In this document: one piece after another, positions 10,938 to 23,590 of the stretch
Layout of the letters: every line of letters starts with the position of its first letter
Numbering within the stretch: the stretch's first letter is position 1
From: Diplonema japonicum
Lineage: Eukaryota; Protista; Euglenozoa: Diplonemea
Direction: 5' to 3'
Assembly (NCBI GenBank): GCA_964019335.1
Contig: OZ025733.1
Coordinates: forward strand, 310,001 to 374,000
Length of the DNA stretch: 64,000 nucleotides
Position numbers and translations under genes: made by a program
Notes under the pieces: model-generated
Database searches by the model: none
Told to the model about the DNA's origin: nothing
The model's input: only the letters and a program-made list of their open reading frames with translations

Positions 10938-10954
10938 CAGGGGGCGGTATTATC

Positions 10955-13402
10955 ATGTCGAACGATCAGCAGGGGGACGGTAAAGGACCCGGCCCACCTC
11001 CAAGTGGTGCCTCTGTGACCGGGAAGGATTCGGCGCAGACGGGACGGGGCAAAACAGCAAACGTGGGCTGAGCAAGCACGAAAAGCGGTAGGAAAGGTGG
11101 TGAAGGTGGACCACACTTTGTTACCAACGATAGCAAAGGAGCAGAGGACGAACAAGAAGACGCCACAGCAGCAGCAGCAGGGGCAAGGGAAGGGGCAGAA
11201 GGACTCATTCAGAGGGGGCATGGGCGGCACCGAGAGAATGGGAGATGGCGAAGGGAGACCCGAAAGCATCTCTCAAAGCTTTCATGGGGGACGTAGCAGC
11301 GGTGATGGGGGAACCGCTAAAAAGAGAGGGGAGGAAGCCAGGGGAGGAGTGTGTAGACATCCTCATCTGGGTCAACAGGAAGGAAGCAGAAGCCAAGGCA
11401 GCCGAGATGAGAGGGCCTTGGGTGCTAGAGAGAAGGCGGCGAGGAGTGGTCTGGCTGGCCACCAGAGAACTGAGGCGCGCTGTGGAGGTGGTGAACAGCG
11501 TGAGGAAGGTCAGCAAGGACGCCTTGCTGACGATGAACGGGAAGGGCTTCGGCGTCCAAGTACAGGACGACGTCGAAGCGGTGAGGAAGCTGGTGGAGCA
11601 GGCCAACCTCGGGGTGACAAAGAAGATCTCATACGATCTTAGAGGTCTCCCCCAGGGAACAACACGAGAGGCCGCGCAGCAGACGGTGGCGGCAACTGGA
11701 TGGAAGGGGCAGGTGGTGAGGGTGCTCCCAAAGGAAGGGAAGGTGCTGGCGGTAGTGCAGGCGCAGGAGCCACCAGAATTCGGCGAGATCGACTGGGGGG
11801 AGGGACGGGCAGAGCTATGGGAGTCCCGCAAACCGCCAGCGAGAGACCCGAAGGAGGAGAGAAGGACGGACCGGAACAACACCGGGCAGTGCAAGGGCCA
11901 ACCGGTACACACAGAAGCAATTCTGGCGCCACTACGGCAAAGCAAGGGGCGAGGAGGAAGAGTAACGACCCCGTGGTCGGGGCTCAGCCACAACAGAACA
12001 ACAACAACAAGGGCAACAACAAACTCCAACGCAGAGGGAGAGGCAGCTCGAGGAGCAGGTGAGGGAGCTGAGGGAAGAGGTGAAGAAGCTGAGGCAGCGG
12101 TAGCGGCAGCCACGAAGCAGAGGGCCGAGCCGGGGAAGAAAAGGAAGGTGAGGGAGGATAAAACCCCCTCGATGACACGGACGCCAGCACCATCGCCAGT
12201 GAAGCAGCAGAGGGGTGACGCAGCAGAGGTGGTGCCAGGATATGCGGCAGGAACGGCCAACTAGACCAAGTCCCAGTCCAGGTCAGGGTCAGGGACAGGG
12301 CGCAACGGGAAGGACAGACGCGTAATGAAGCAGGCCGAGCACGACGAAGGAAGACAGAGGGACTACGACGGGATGGGCAGGAAAGCGCCGAAGCACACCC
12401 ACCACTGGGAGGAGCACAAGAGCAGAACCAGGTGGGTGTGCACCAAGTGCGAGCGCAACATGCCGAAGGGTACGTACGCGACCACCTGCAGGCATGGGGC
12501 GTGCAAGCTGCAGAAGTGCAGACGCTGCGTGGAGGGACGGAGGCAGCTGTACTACAGCTCGACAGACGAATCCTCGAGCCTGTCCTCGGGGGAATGGTGA
12601 TCGGCAGGACGCGGTGGAGCGTAGGGGACGGGGACGGACCTGCAAGAGGTAGCGAGAGGATGAGTTAGAGTATGAGGAAGTCCCGGGAGACGGGAACTGC
12701 CAATACTCGGCAATCTCCACCGCGCTGAAAAGGGGGAACGCGGCACAACTACGTCAGCTGACCGGCCAAGCACATCGCGAAAAACCCCCAAAGATACGGA
12801 GGACTAGTGCAAGCAGAGGACGAGACCGTGGAAGCATACGCGGAGAAAACGGCAAAAGACCGCACGTGGGGGGACCATATCACACTAGAGGCGGCGGCAC
12901 AGGTGATGAAGACCAACATCTGGGTCCTGAGGGAGGAAGGAGTACAGCGGGCGGCGAGGCCAGAGGACGCAGTGAGCACGATCATCATTGGGCCCGAGGA
13001 GAACAACGGTCACGACAATAGAGCTTGCGCTGGACTTTGAGAACAGCACAATGAAGTCGCTGGTGGGTGAACGTGGAGACCTGACACTAATAGGGAAAAA
13101 GGCGAGACGGCTGCATGGCCTGCAGGCTGCAGGAAGGCTGGCAGGACGCGCGGATAAGGAGGAAGGTCAGGGGACACAGAGCCATACCGGCGGAGCAACG
13201 GCGGAACCACGGCCTGAGGACCATAGGGGGGAGAAAGGTCTTAGGCTGGGACAGAAGACCGCTGCACGTCTCGGAACAGACGAAGAAGGACCTCCAGAAA
13301 CTGAGACAGCAGTGGCAGAAGGAGCGGGTGAGCGCCATGAGGGAGCGGGCTCAGCCCAAAAAGGAAAGACCGAAGCCGCTGAAGGGAGATAGGGGCAGGT
13401 AG
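10955..13402 (+). mobile_element. Decayed, internally deleted non-LTR retrotransposon-like element (ORF1-like region, Cys/His knuckle, OTU protease)
   Basis: G/A-rich, homopolymer-poor island broken by several frameshifts and stops. Contains a Cys/His cluster (CTKC...CRHGAC...CRRC, 12325-12600) and OTU motifs VPGDGNCQYSAI (about 12680-12715) and WGDHITLEAAA (about 12867-12900) in different frames. No RT or endonuclease visible, so the LINE assignment is inference. Confidence 0.5.
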
Positions 13403-13586
13403 AAGAACAAGACAGGACGTCCCAGATCAGGGATTTCCTTTTACCTCTTTATTTTTTTTTTTTTTCTTTCGAGGGGGAATAGAATGCAATTAGTAGTGGA
13501 TGGAAAAAAAAAAAAAAAAGGTCTTTTAGCAAAAAAAATTTCTTTTTCCCCCCTTATTTTCTTTTTTTTTTTTAAACTTTTTTCTC

Positions 13587-13635
<49 letters not shown>

Positions 13636-13636
<1 letters not shown>

Positions 13637-14430
13637 TGGACACTTGGGACGAGTATGAGGTCGCAGAGTGGCTAGAATCTGAAGGATTGTCTGAACATAA
13701 GAAGACGTTTTTGCTGAACAGGATAACAGGGGAAGACCTCCTAATAAGAATGCAGCAATGCGATCTGAGAGAAGAGTTATGCATCACAGAATACAAAGGA
13801 CGAAAGGAACTATGGACCGCCGTCCAGTGGCTAAGGGGCAAGGCCATGGGACGGGCTGCAACCAACGAGGAAGTCACACTGCACACACCCTGCAGCTCCC
13901 CTGTGGAAAAAGAGGAACCACACAATAATTTTAACATATATGAAGACATACCCATTAGCACAAACAGCGAACAGAGAGCACCGACGACCCTATCAGTCCA
14001 TCAAACAGAGCATAGCTTCCCCCGATATGTAGAACAGGACTGTGCTGTAAGAGCAACCTCGCTCCGGAAAAAAAATCTTGCGCAGATGATCACTACAGCA
14101 TCGCGTATCAAGGATCTAGAAAAATCGGCAGCATGGGTCTCTGGTGAGTTTCTCTTACATCCTCCTACCTTGAAAACACCTGACTACTCCATTCAAATAC
14201 CCGGCGCTAAGGGAGGGGTCAAGTGGTGGCAGGAGGTTCCCCGCGGTCCAAAACCGATCATTTCGTGTTCCACCCGCCAGGCCGTCGACTACCAGACGCT
14301 CTTCGGGGAGCAAAAGAAGCAGATGGAAAGGGCCGCAGCATCGAACGCTGTTTATGAAAGGCTCATTTGCAAGTTTGAGGCAATCACACGGACTCAGAGT
14401 GAACGGTTGGAACGGGCTTGCAAAACGTGA
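13636..14430 (+). CDS. SAM-domain protein
   Basis: MDTWDEYEVAEWLESEGLSEHKKTFLLNRITGEDLL...DLREELCI is a typical N-terminal SAM domain. Confidence 0.8.
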
Positions 14431-14644
14431 ACTGGAGGGATTTAAAAAAAAAAAAAAAAAACCCCTTTTACAAGGTTTTTTTTTAAAAAGGGGGCGTCTC
14501 ACAAAGACTTCCTTTAACTCATATTTTTTTTTTTTTGGTTTTTTTTTACACTCTTTTTTTTTTTTTTCCTCATTTTTCAAAAAAAAAAAAAAAAAAAAAA
14601 AAAAAGAAAGCTTAGGAAAGGGGAAAAAAAAAGAAGGGAAAAAA

Positions 14645-15025
14645 ATGCGGGTTTTGGCTCATCTTGTCCTAGTGGCTTGTTTGGCATTTGTCCAAGTTCA
14701 TGGTAAAGGGATGGAGTACCAGGGGAAGGATGCGAAGAACCTTCTTGACAAGGTGGCTGGGGCTATAAAGGAACACCAGAAGTATGCAGATTACACTGAT
14801 GAAATGAGGCGCGCGGCTGCACCCACGGAGGAGGAGAAACTAGCCTCCTTGAAGGCGCGGCATCAGCGAATGAGCGACTACATGAAAGAAAAACAAGAGG
14901 AGGAGAAAGAAAACAAGAAAAAAAACGAACGTAAAGGCCTGCAGGACAAGGTCGAGCAGCTGAAGAAGAAACACGAAAAAGGGATCAAAAGGCTGAAAGG
15001 AGACAAGGCACAGGAGGAACTTTGA
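14645..15025 (+). CDS. Secretory-pathway coiled-coil protein, probable ER resident
   Basis: Signal peptide MRVLAHLVLVACLAFVQVHG, charged helix, C-terminal QEEL (KDEL-like). Confidence 0.65.
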   Translation: MRVLAHLVLVACLAFVQVHGKGMEYQGKDAKNLLDKVAGAIKEHQKYADYTDEMRRAAAPTEEEKLASLKARHQRMSDYMKEKQEEEKENKKKNERKGLQDKVEQLKKKHEKGIKRLKGDKAQEEL

Positions 15026-15229
15026 TTTTTTTTAAAGAAGAAAAGTAGAAGAAGAAGAAAAAAAATAACACTACCTCACCTGATACAAAAAAAAAAAAAA
15101 AAAAAGTTGTGACCCCCTTTTTTTTTAAAAAAAAAAAACCAGTAGACTACCTGCTCTTTTTTCTTTCGGTTTTCCCTGAGAAATTAGAACAAAAAAAAGG
15201 GAGAGGGGGATATAAAAAAAAAGAAAAAA

Positions 15230-15577
15230 ATGTCTGATGACATGACAGCGAAACAGCATTGGATGCAGGAGCAGCAACTGAACACATCGAGAACCACATA
15301 CAAGGTCGAGGGGGGTAAGAAGATGACCGAGAAGGATTTACCAGACCAGTTTCGAAGGGCGTCCGACAAGGTAGCCAGGAAAAAAAAAAAAAAAAAAAAA
15401 AAAAACTCACCCCATTAGACAGCAAACCCTTGCATGCGCGAGATGGCCACAGTACAACGGTGCCTGGAGAAAGGTGGAGGGAGAGAATGCGAAGGACTCT
15501 TGGGAGTCTACAACCGGTGCGAGGAAAAATACTATACGCAATCTAGGGTCGAGGCCATCGCCTCTGCGTCGCATTAA
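15230..15577 (+). CDS. Twin CX9C (CHCH) mitochondrial intermembrane-space protein, COX23/CHCHD7-like (exons 15230-15370, 15419-15577)
   Basis: After removing the 48-nt poly(A) intron: NPCMREMATVQRCLEKGGGRECEGLLGVYNRC, two exact CX9C motifs. Confidence 0.75.
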
Positions 15578-15661
15578 AGACACCCTCTTTTTTTTTTTTT
15601 TTTCCCTTGTTTCTGTGGCCCCTTCTCAGGGGGAGGAGGGGAAAAAAAAAAAAAAAAAAAA

Positions 15662-18259
15662 ATGCGCCCAAAGGACACGGAAGCCATTCGCCAGCGCATC
15701 CAACTAAAGCTCCAAGGCAGGCACTACCAAACCCACCCTTTCGAAACCCACCCCCTTACAGCGTTGTACCAAGTCCTTTGGGAGGGAACCGTGAATTGGT
15801 GCTTGCTTCATAGAATCTCCCGCCCGGGAGAAGTCAGTCCCGGGTTCATGCTGAGGCAGATACCTGATACCCTAGTGTGGGAGAGCAATATCCCTAAAGG
15901 GTGGTATCGTTACGAAGAGGAGCTGGTGGAGGGGAAGTGGGCTGGTAACATACGGAAGGACAAGGTTGACACGAAGAAGGTAGATACTGTATTCGGGCAA
16001 GGCAAGCACAATGACGCAATATGCTGCACATACATATCCAGGGCACTGGACAACGGAAAGGAGTACACCAAGATAGAGTATCTAACAAGGGCCGCCCTCA
16101 GAATCTTTCTCTTCTCCCGCAACAGAGGGAAAGGCTCCTGCATCATTCAGAAATGGGTGCAACCTCAGAACGGATGCTACAACGACACCATACAAGCAGT
16201 GTGGACGCACGGTTTGAAATGCTTTGTAGAACGCAGAAGGGTATGGAGAAAAAAAAAGATTTTTTTTTTCTTTTTCGTTTTCATATATTGGCATTCCTAA
16301 AGGCGGACCAAAGAACTCAAAGTTGCTGTTCTATATATTTTTTTTTTAAAAAGAATTTTGGTTAGATGGAATCTTTACTTTTTATTGCCATAGATTGAAA
16401 AAAAAAAAAAAAAAAAAAAAAAAGAATTGAAGGTTTTTTTTTATTTTCCCCCCATTCACGTCCATCTACAGAACCGCCATTATCTACACGACACTTCGAT
16501 CCCATTACAACAACGAGCAGTGACATTCGACGGGCCGCCGCATTTCTCAACTGACGTCATTGTCAGCTCGAAGCTCAGGGAGCAGGTGGAGAGGTCGTGC
16601 AACAGCATCGCAGAACACTTCAACAAGAACACCGCACAAGGACAACGCCAGACCGTTCGCTTCAACCTGGCGAGGATGGTCGCACACTTCAAAATCGACT
16701 CAAAATGCAGGCTCGTCCTCCTCGGCGTTGTCGGTGCAAGAGTATATGAAGTCGGAAAACGATATGAAGTCTATGTAGCACTGGACCTCGCACCAGTTTA
16801 CAAACATGTAGTGGAAAACCAAGAAGAAGACGATCAAGGCCTTGTCGTTTCTTCTCAAAGACGTCACACGTTCACAGACGAGGGTGAAGACTCCTTCGAA
16901 GCGCCAGAGGAGTATGACGCGGACGACGCGGACCTTCTCGCATGGCTCTCAGCACCCAAGAAGACCCGCCGGCGATCAAGCACACCATCAGTACCCCAAG
17001 CTACCGTGAGGCGCGTTTCAACAAAATCCCCTCATCATGAAATCTGGTCGGATAAAAGCAGTAATTTTCAAGACGAGTTCGGTGACGCACCGAGCACTAC
17101 AAACTGGGGGGGCAAGAACTACACATGGGGGAAACACAACGGCGGGGTCGTCGTCAGGAACGGGAACACAAAACTCCGGGACGCTGAACACACGAAAACC
17201 AAGAAAACCCGGAGAAGACCCCTTGCCGCCTCCCAGCCCGACCAAAAGATAACCAAACAACTATTAAAACAAGAACGCGAGATCGACGGCCACCAGAACT
17301 TCGCACCCCGTGCGATGTCTAGACTTGTTAAGATGCTTCACGAAGCGAAACATCCGCTTTCCCCTCGGACAACCCAAGCTGTCCGAGTCGAGTACTTGCG
17401 ATCGCTTCCTAACATGTCTGTTGTTGAAAAGCTAGAGTACATCCTCCTGAAGCTCCACGGGACGGGAGGCAACAATGATGAAAAAGATATCCATTCAACC
17501 AGAATCTCGCCCAGAGGACACCGTGCTGCGAAATCCCATTCACATGTCCGTTGGGCGTTGCTCTCCAGAGCAGTTCGGAGTGGTTACATCCGGGTACAAG
17601 CTGCCATCGACATTCTTAAAGTGGAGATCTCTGACATGGTGTACGGGTACGGGTCGCACTTGTTAGGGATCGCGCCCAAGATGTACTCGTTCACTCTCGG
17701 CACAACGGACAGCGTCTCCTTACTGTTTCTCAGCAAGTTTCTTACAGCCATCAACGCCACCGAGGGCCCTACCGGGACCTATTCCATTTCCCCCAAAACA
17801 ACACCCCTGTACATTTGCGACGCGGCACACCGTTCCTTCACCAAGCACACCTGCCGTTTACTGAACACGATGCTCAAGGCGGTGCTCAGCTCTAAGGAGA
17901 CTGCCATTCGTGTGATACACGGGATGACGACGCTGGGGATGTCTTCTGAGTTGCTGTCTTCATCAGCTCTTCACTACGGGGAGTCATTAACGGAAAGCGA
18001 AGCGGAAAGAAATACAAGAAAAGAGGATGATGGTGTGGAGGAAGCAACTAGCATCGATGGTATCGCTCCTGTTTTCGAAAGTGAAGAACAACAAGAAGAG
18101 GGGCAAGACGAACAGGACGAGAAAGGGGAACAGGAAACAGTCGTCGAGGAAGGGGAAGGGAACAAGGAAGAGAAACAGGAGGCAGTCGCCTCGTCCTCGT
18201 CCTCGTCCTCGTCCTACACCTATGACAGTGACGAAGAGGTCGGGATTACATTTCAATAG
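15662..18259 (+). CDS. Conserved uncharacterised protist protein with acidic tail (exons 15662-16240, 16472-18259)
   Basis: The 231-nt GTATGG...CTACAG intron joins CFVERRR|NRHYLHD...RAVTFDGP; IIQKWVQP...IQAVW resembles an uncharacterised family of flagellated protists (recall, unverified). Confidence 0.65.
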
Positions 18260-18515
18260 ACAGTTCAAACAAAGTCTTTTTTTTTCTTTTTGTTGTTTTG
18301 TTTCGTTCGACAGTGAAAGGGAAAGGGGAGGGGGGGCAGAAAGATTCCATTTACATGGATGATACTTCTTATTTTTTCGTTTCCCCCTTGTTCTTCTCTT
18401 TTTTTTTCTTGGGCCCGCAAAAAAATTATATTTTCCCTCGAAAGGATTAGGGGGTGGTGAGTGTGTTAAATAAAGAAAAAGGGGGCATAAGAAAAAGAGA
18501 GAGAAGAAAAGTAAA

Positions 18516-20585
18516 ATGGCGACCCGACCCCCTCAGAACAGTAGCCACAAGCGGGGTCTGCAGGAGGTGTCCACTAACACGCCGACAAAGTCGAACAAAA
18601 GAGAGAAGCTTGCCGTGACACCAAGCGTGCTGACCCCTGTGTCCCTGACCCCCAGGTTCAGCACCACCTTCAAGACTCACGCAGACAAGAGTTACAGCGA
18701 AGGCGTGCACAAGTCAAGATGCCCATGCATTGTGATCAAGGAACTAACAAGGGAACTGAAGGAATTAGACAAAAAAAAGGACATGGCGAAGATCAGAAAA
18801 TTGGAGATAAAGATTGCGGAGCTTAAGGCAAAGGGCTGCAGCCATGGAAACTCAAAGACGGTGACTAGGGAAGAGATCTTGGTGAACAAGATGAAGGTCG
18901 ACTCCCACACCATCCACGGAAAGCACAAAATGCTGAAGGAGCTGGAACGCGCGCACATGGACGCCCGTAGGAAGATCCTCGAAGAGGAGGACACACTCCG
19001 AAGCGAGCTGTCTGTCGATTTGCAAATAGGAACCTCAGCAGTCAGGAAGATGCTAGCGGTACGCGAGGACTTCCGCACAGAAGAATCCATGTCGAGGAGA
19101 AAAATCGAGAACGAAGGCGTTGGGCCGTTCTTCCAGACGGCCGTTAAAGAATTCCTTCACAACTCGCAAAGGAACGTCCTCGAACAAACAGAATCCAGGA
19201 AGAGGAAACGCGTGCACGATGAGGAACAGGACGCTACAAACGGAATCAGAGTCTTCACAGATTTCGCCCACAGGCTTGTGAGAGTCGTTGAAAATGAAGC
19301 TGGCACCAGAACAGCCATCCACACAGAACAGACACAAACCCGTCTTGTTGTTGTCAACAGAAACTACTCACTCCTCTTCAACTCTTTGGAGCTCAACGAG
19401 ACTGCCACACGCGGTGTCTTTTTAAAGGGCGAAGAGACATCCTTTAAAACCCTCTTACAAACGGAGAAACACGATGCAGAGCAGTGCGGCATCATATCGG
19501 AGGAGGTGACCGCTCGTCGTGTCTATGCCGCCGAGGAGCACTACGATGCCACGGAGCTCTTCTCCAGCGCATCGTGGCAGAAGCTTCACTCCGTGACCCT
19601 GACAGAGACAACCGCCAGGGAGGCTGTCATTCTGGACGAATCCATCGCTTTCTCGTCGTTGCTGCTGTCGACTGGCGAGGAGATCAAACGAAGCGGCATA
19701 GCATACCAGTACTACGGCATGCTGGTGAAAATGCACAACATGTTCACCGAGGATGAAGTCACCGCTCTTGTCGACACGGAGGAACGATTTCACGACGAGA
19801 TTAAAATAGAAGAGAAGACGTCCCGTAGGTCCCTTGAGACAGGCTTTGTCGCGCATGGTTCACTTGTTCTGCTGGAACAAGAGGAAAGGCAAGCTAGACA
19901 GTGCGTTGCAAGGAAGTACCTGGATGGGTTAGCAAACCTTGAGATCGCAAGCCAGGAAAACATCGTTTTAAATCTGCTCCTTGTCGAAGATATTGCAAGG
20001 GAACAGGTCCACGAGGAAGAGGTGATGGACCGGGGTCTCCTTGAACAGGAGATAGCTGGCATGAAGCTGGACTGCGACGAGCTTTGCTGCCGTGCCAACA
20101 TCGACAAAGAGCAAGAAGCAGAGATACACGCTATCATGTCAGACTGCAAGGAGTCCGCATCACAGATTTTTGAATGTCTCGAGAATTTCAGGACATCTCG
20201 TCAGTACTTCAACTCCAAAGAGAACCTGTTCAACCTGCCACAGTGGAATGTCACCCATGACATGGAGCTCAGGTGCGCCACTAACCCCTTGCTTCTATCC
20301 CTCCTCCGCCACTCCCTTTCCCTTAACCTTGCGACAGAGCAGCATTTCAACGAGATTGGAAACAGGAACGAATCTGATTTTGGGAAGCAGCACAGTGAGC
20401 TTGTGCAGGCGAGGGGGGAGCTCAGCAGGACTAAGGACACGCTTAAAGAGCTGGAGCAGGCGCACCGTATTTCTAGCACTGATCTTTTGAAGGAAAAGGC
20501 CGCCAACAAAACACTGAAGGCTAAGGTTGCCAACCTTGACAAGGAGATGAGGTCAACACAAGTTGCCAACGAAAGGGTATGAAGG

Positions 20586-20618
<33 letters not shown>

Positions 20619-21168
20619 ACAGGCAAAACACGAGAAGCGGACCAGAGATCTCGAGGTGAAGCTGGCGGCGATGCAGAAGGCGCTAGACAAGGAGAGGGTG
20701 AAGAATAGGAAATAGAATTTTTTTTTTGTTTGCCCCCCTTATAACCCCCCCCCATTTGTATAGAGATAGAGCTTTTATTTATTTCATCCCCCCTTTTCTT
20801 TAAGACTTTTTTTCAAAAAGATAAAAAAGAGAAAAGGTATGAAACTCTTTTTTTTTTTTTCCTTTTTTTTTTTTTTTTGCCCCTTCTCTTTCATTCCCCC
20901 GCCCCTTTCCCCCACTTTTTTAGACGTAACCCAAAACCTATCTTTTTTTTTTTCTTCGCGAGTGGAGCGCGTCAACTCCCTACGCTGTATCGGAGGACCG
21001 ACCACACACGGGTATGACAGGAGGCCAGTACTCCCGGAACGAACCATGAGTAGCATCGAAGGCTTGCGGGACAGGTACCTGTCGCAGACACCGACAAGGC
21101 TGCCCCGCAGCATGACCACCGCAGTAGGAACCCGCCAGAGCCCCCAGAACGGGGACAACGGGGACTAA
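18516..21168 (+). CDS. Long coiled-coil protein (exons 18516-20576, 20623-20697, possibly 20968-21168)
   Basis: Repeated EE..(A)R..I..EE helices; clear 46-nt poly(A) intron at 20577-20622. The second intron (20698-20967) is uncertain; otherwise the gene stops at about 20715. Confidence 0.6.
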
Positions 21169-21369
21169 GCGCAGCGCGGCCGGTGAGCGCAAAAACGCAT
21201 ACCTTAAAAGAATAGTTTCTTTTTTCTTTTTTTCTAAAAAAAAAAAAAGGGTTTTTTTTTTTTTTCCTTATTCTTTGGGTGGCCTCAGGCCTTCCCCCCT
21301 TTTTTTTAAAAAACCTTTTTTTTTTAAAAAAGTTCTCATGTTATCTCCCCATCCAGGAAAAGAAAAGGG

Positions 21370-21400
<31 letters not shown>

Positions 21401-21403
<3 letters not shown>

Positions 21404-22999
21404 CATCCAAGCAAAATGGACCTGGAACACGTCTGCAAGTGGCTTTCAACAGTGTCGGAGGAAGAAGCAGTGGGTTTCTTCAGGGAGCAGGATATAACCG
21501 GAGAGGTGTTGATGGCCCTGACACAGGACGAGCTGAAGGAGATGGGCGTTCTAAAACTCGGCACGAGAAAGCGCTTGGTACAAAAAATAAAAAAACTCTT
21601 CGAGAGCAAAGAGGTCCCGGCGGCAGTACACAACGAAGAAACAGCATGTGAAAACACCAAAAATTACACCCTGGAAATCTTTCTGGACCTGACGATAAGA
21701 GACGAGACGTATTTCCCTATAAACGACCCGGCCCAACTAACCTTAAATGTCAACTCTCTAAAGGAACAAATCGGGCTTTCCATAGACCCATCTTGGGACC
21801 CCTCAACATCTGATTTCTACGGGAGATATTACATAACAGCATCAGAACAAAATTTTTCATTTCGAAAAACAATGCGAAACCTCGGTTTTTACCAAGTCGG
21901 GGCTGTTGACGGTGAGCGTGTTATGGAAAACGACATCCTTCACCTAGCATGCCACAGACACCTCGATCGGGATAAAATAATAATCGCGGTGATCACCGAT
22001 AATGACAGTTTCGAGACAACTCTTTTAAGGTGTCAAAAGGAGATCGAGAAAACGGTGCTGGTGGTTCAAAAACGATCAGAACTTTTACGAAAATGCATCA
22101 CGGAATCGCCGAGAATCCTCTCTATGGACGAAATAATACGGGGGCAAGCATTCTCCAACCCCGCATCATCTCAGGAAGACGAAGAGCAACCCATGTTCAA
22201 AATCTTCAGCTTGGGCAACAGCAGAGACATCTACGCCGACACCTCAAATCTCCTATCTGACTCAAGCCACGGCAGCCCCTTGAACGGCAGCAGTAGTGGG
22301 CCATCCTCTACAACAAGTTCTGTGATAAAGCGTCCTGATGCCGGATCGATTCCCGGGCTTAGTTTGTTTGACCTCCCATCTCTTGCCTCGTTAGCGTCTA
22401 TAACATCTAAACCTGTGTCACCACCTTCATCGCCTTTGAAGAAATTCAATTACGTCGCTGCAGCTTCGGCTGGTGGGAAGCCGCCCACTGTGAAACAGGT
22501 TGTAAAGGCCCCGTGTGTTGTTGTTGAAAAACCGGTCAAAATCGCCGACGAGACCGCGGGTGTGAAGCAGTCGAAGCTGTGCTTTGATTTCTTTAACAGG
22601 AAGTGTGTCAGGGGGAAGAAATGCCTCTTCGCGCATTCCCGTGATGAACTCCCTGCTGACGTTCGCAGTCGGTTCAAAACTGCAATGTGTCCTAATGAAC
22701 ATTGTGAATATGGCGGCGCTTGTCATTACGCGCACAGCGTTGACGAGCTTCCTTCTGAGAAGCAAAACTGGTACAAAATGCAGCTGTGTGAGGAGTTCAG
22801 TAAAAATAGACATTGTCCACACGGGAGGGCCTGTATCTTCGCCCATGGTGCAAGCGAGCAAAGAGGCGAGCGGGTGAAAAAAAGCGACAAGAAAAAAACG
22901 ATATGCGAGCACTACGCAGGTGGTTTCTGCCGCCATGGGAAGGTTTGCCACTACCTGCACACGAATCCTAAAAAATCAGAGGAAGGGAAAAAGAAGTAA
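21401..22999 (+). CDS. SAM + degenerate NYN + 4 CCCH zinc-finger protein (paralogue A)
   Basis: SAM (VCKWLSTV...FREQDITGEVLMALTQDELKEMGV); NYN-like region aligning with paralogue B; CCCH fingers KLCFDF, FKTAMC, YKMQLC, KKTIC. Confidence 0.8.
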
Positions 23000-23590
23000 G
23001 GAGGGGTTTTTTTTTTTTAAAGGCCAGAATAAGAAAGAAAAAAAGAAGAAAAAAAAAAAAAAGTGAAGAGGAAAAAAAAAAAAAAAAATTAAAAATAAAA
23101 ACAATATTTTTGTAGTGTGGCCACCGAAGAAAAAAAGAAGGGGGGAAGAAAAGGACGTACAAACATTTGTAAGGGTGAAAAAAAAAAAAGAAGAAAGTAT
23201 GCCAAATTCAGTTTTTTTTCACTCCCCCCCTGTTTCTGTAGTCTTCCCGTCCACTGTTCGTTCCTTTCCTAAAAGAAAAGGGAGGGGGGAGGGAAGAAAG
23301 TTTAATTAAAAGCTTTCTTTCTATGAAAGAAAAGGGGAGGGGGGGGACGCTCCACTAAATACTCACAGTTCTTTTCTTGTTCTTTTTCTTTTTAAAAGGG
23401 AGTAGTCCCGAATGGCTATTCTCAGCGGGCTTGCTTCAAAAAAACTTTTTTTTTTCTTTTTTTTTTTTTTTTTTACATTATTCTTTCTTTTGATGAGAAC
23501 GTACTTCTCGATGACCTACCAAAAGGGCGCTTCGAGAACCCTGTAAACAAAATTGAAAAAGGAAAAAAAGAACAAGAAACGAAACATAAA

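Noticed and set aside
11069-12669. Stop-codon reassignment or programmed readthrough
   Set aside because: TAA, TAG and TGA all end intact genes; internal stops occur only in the frameshifted relic.
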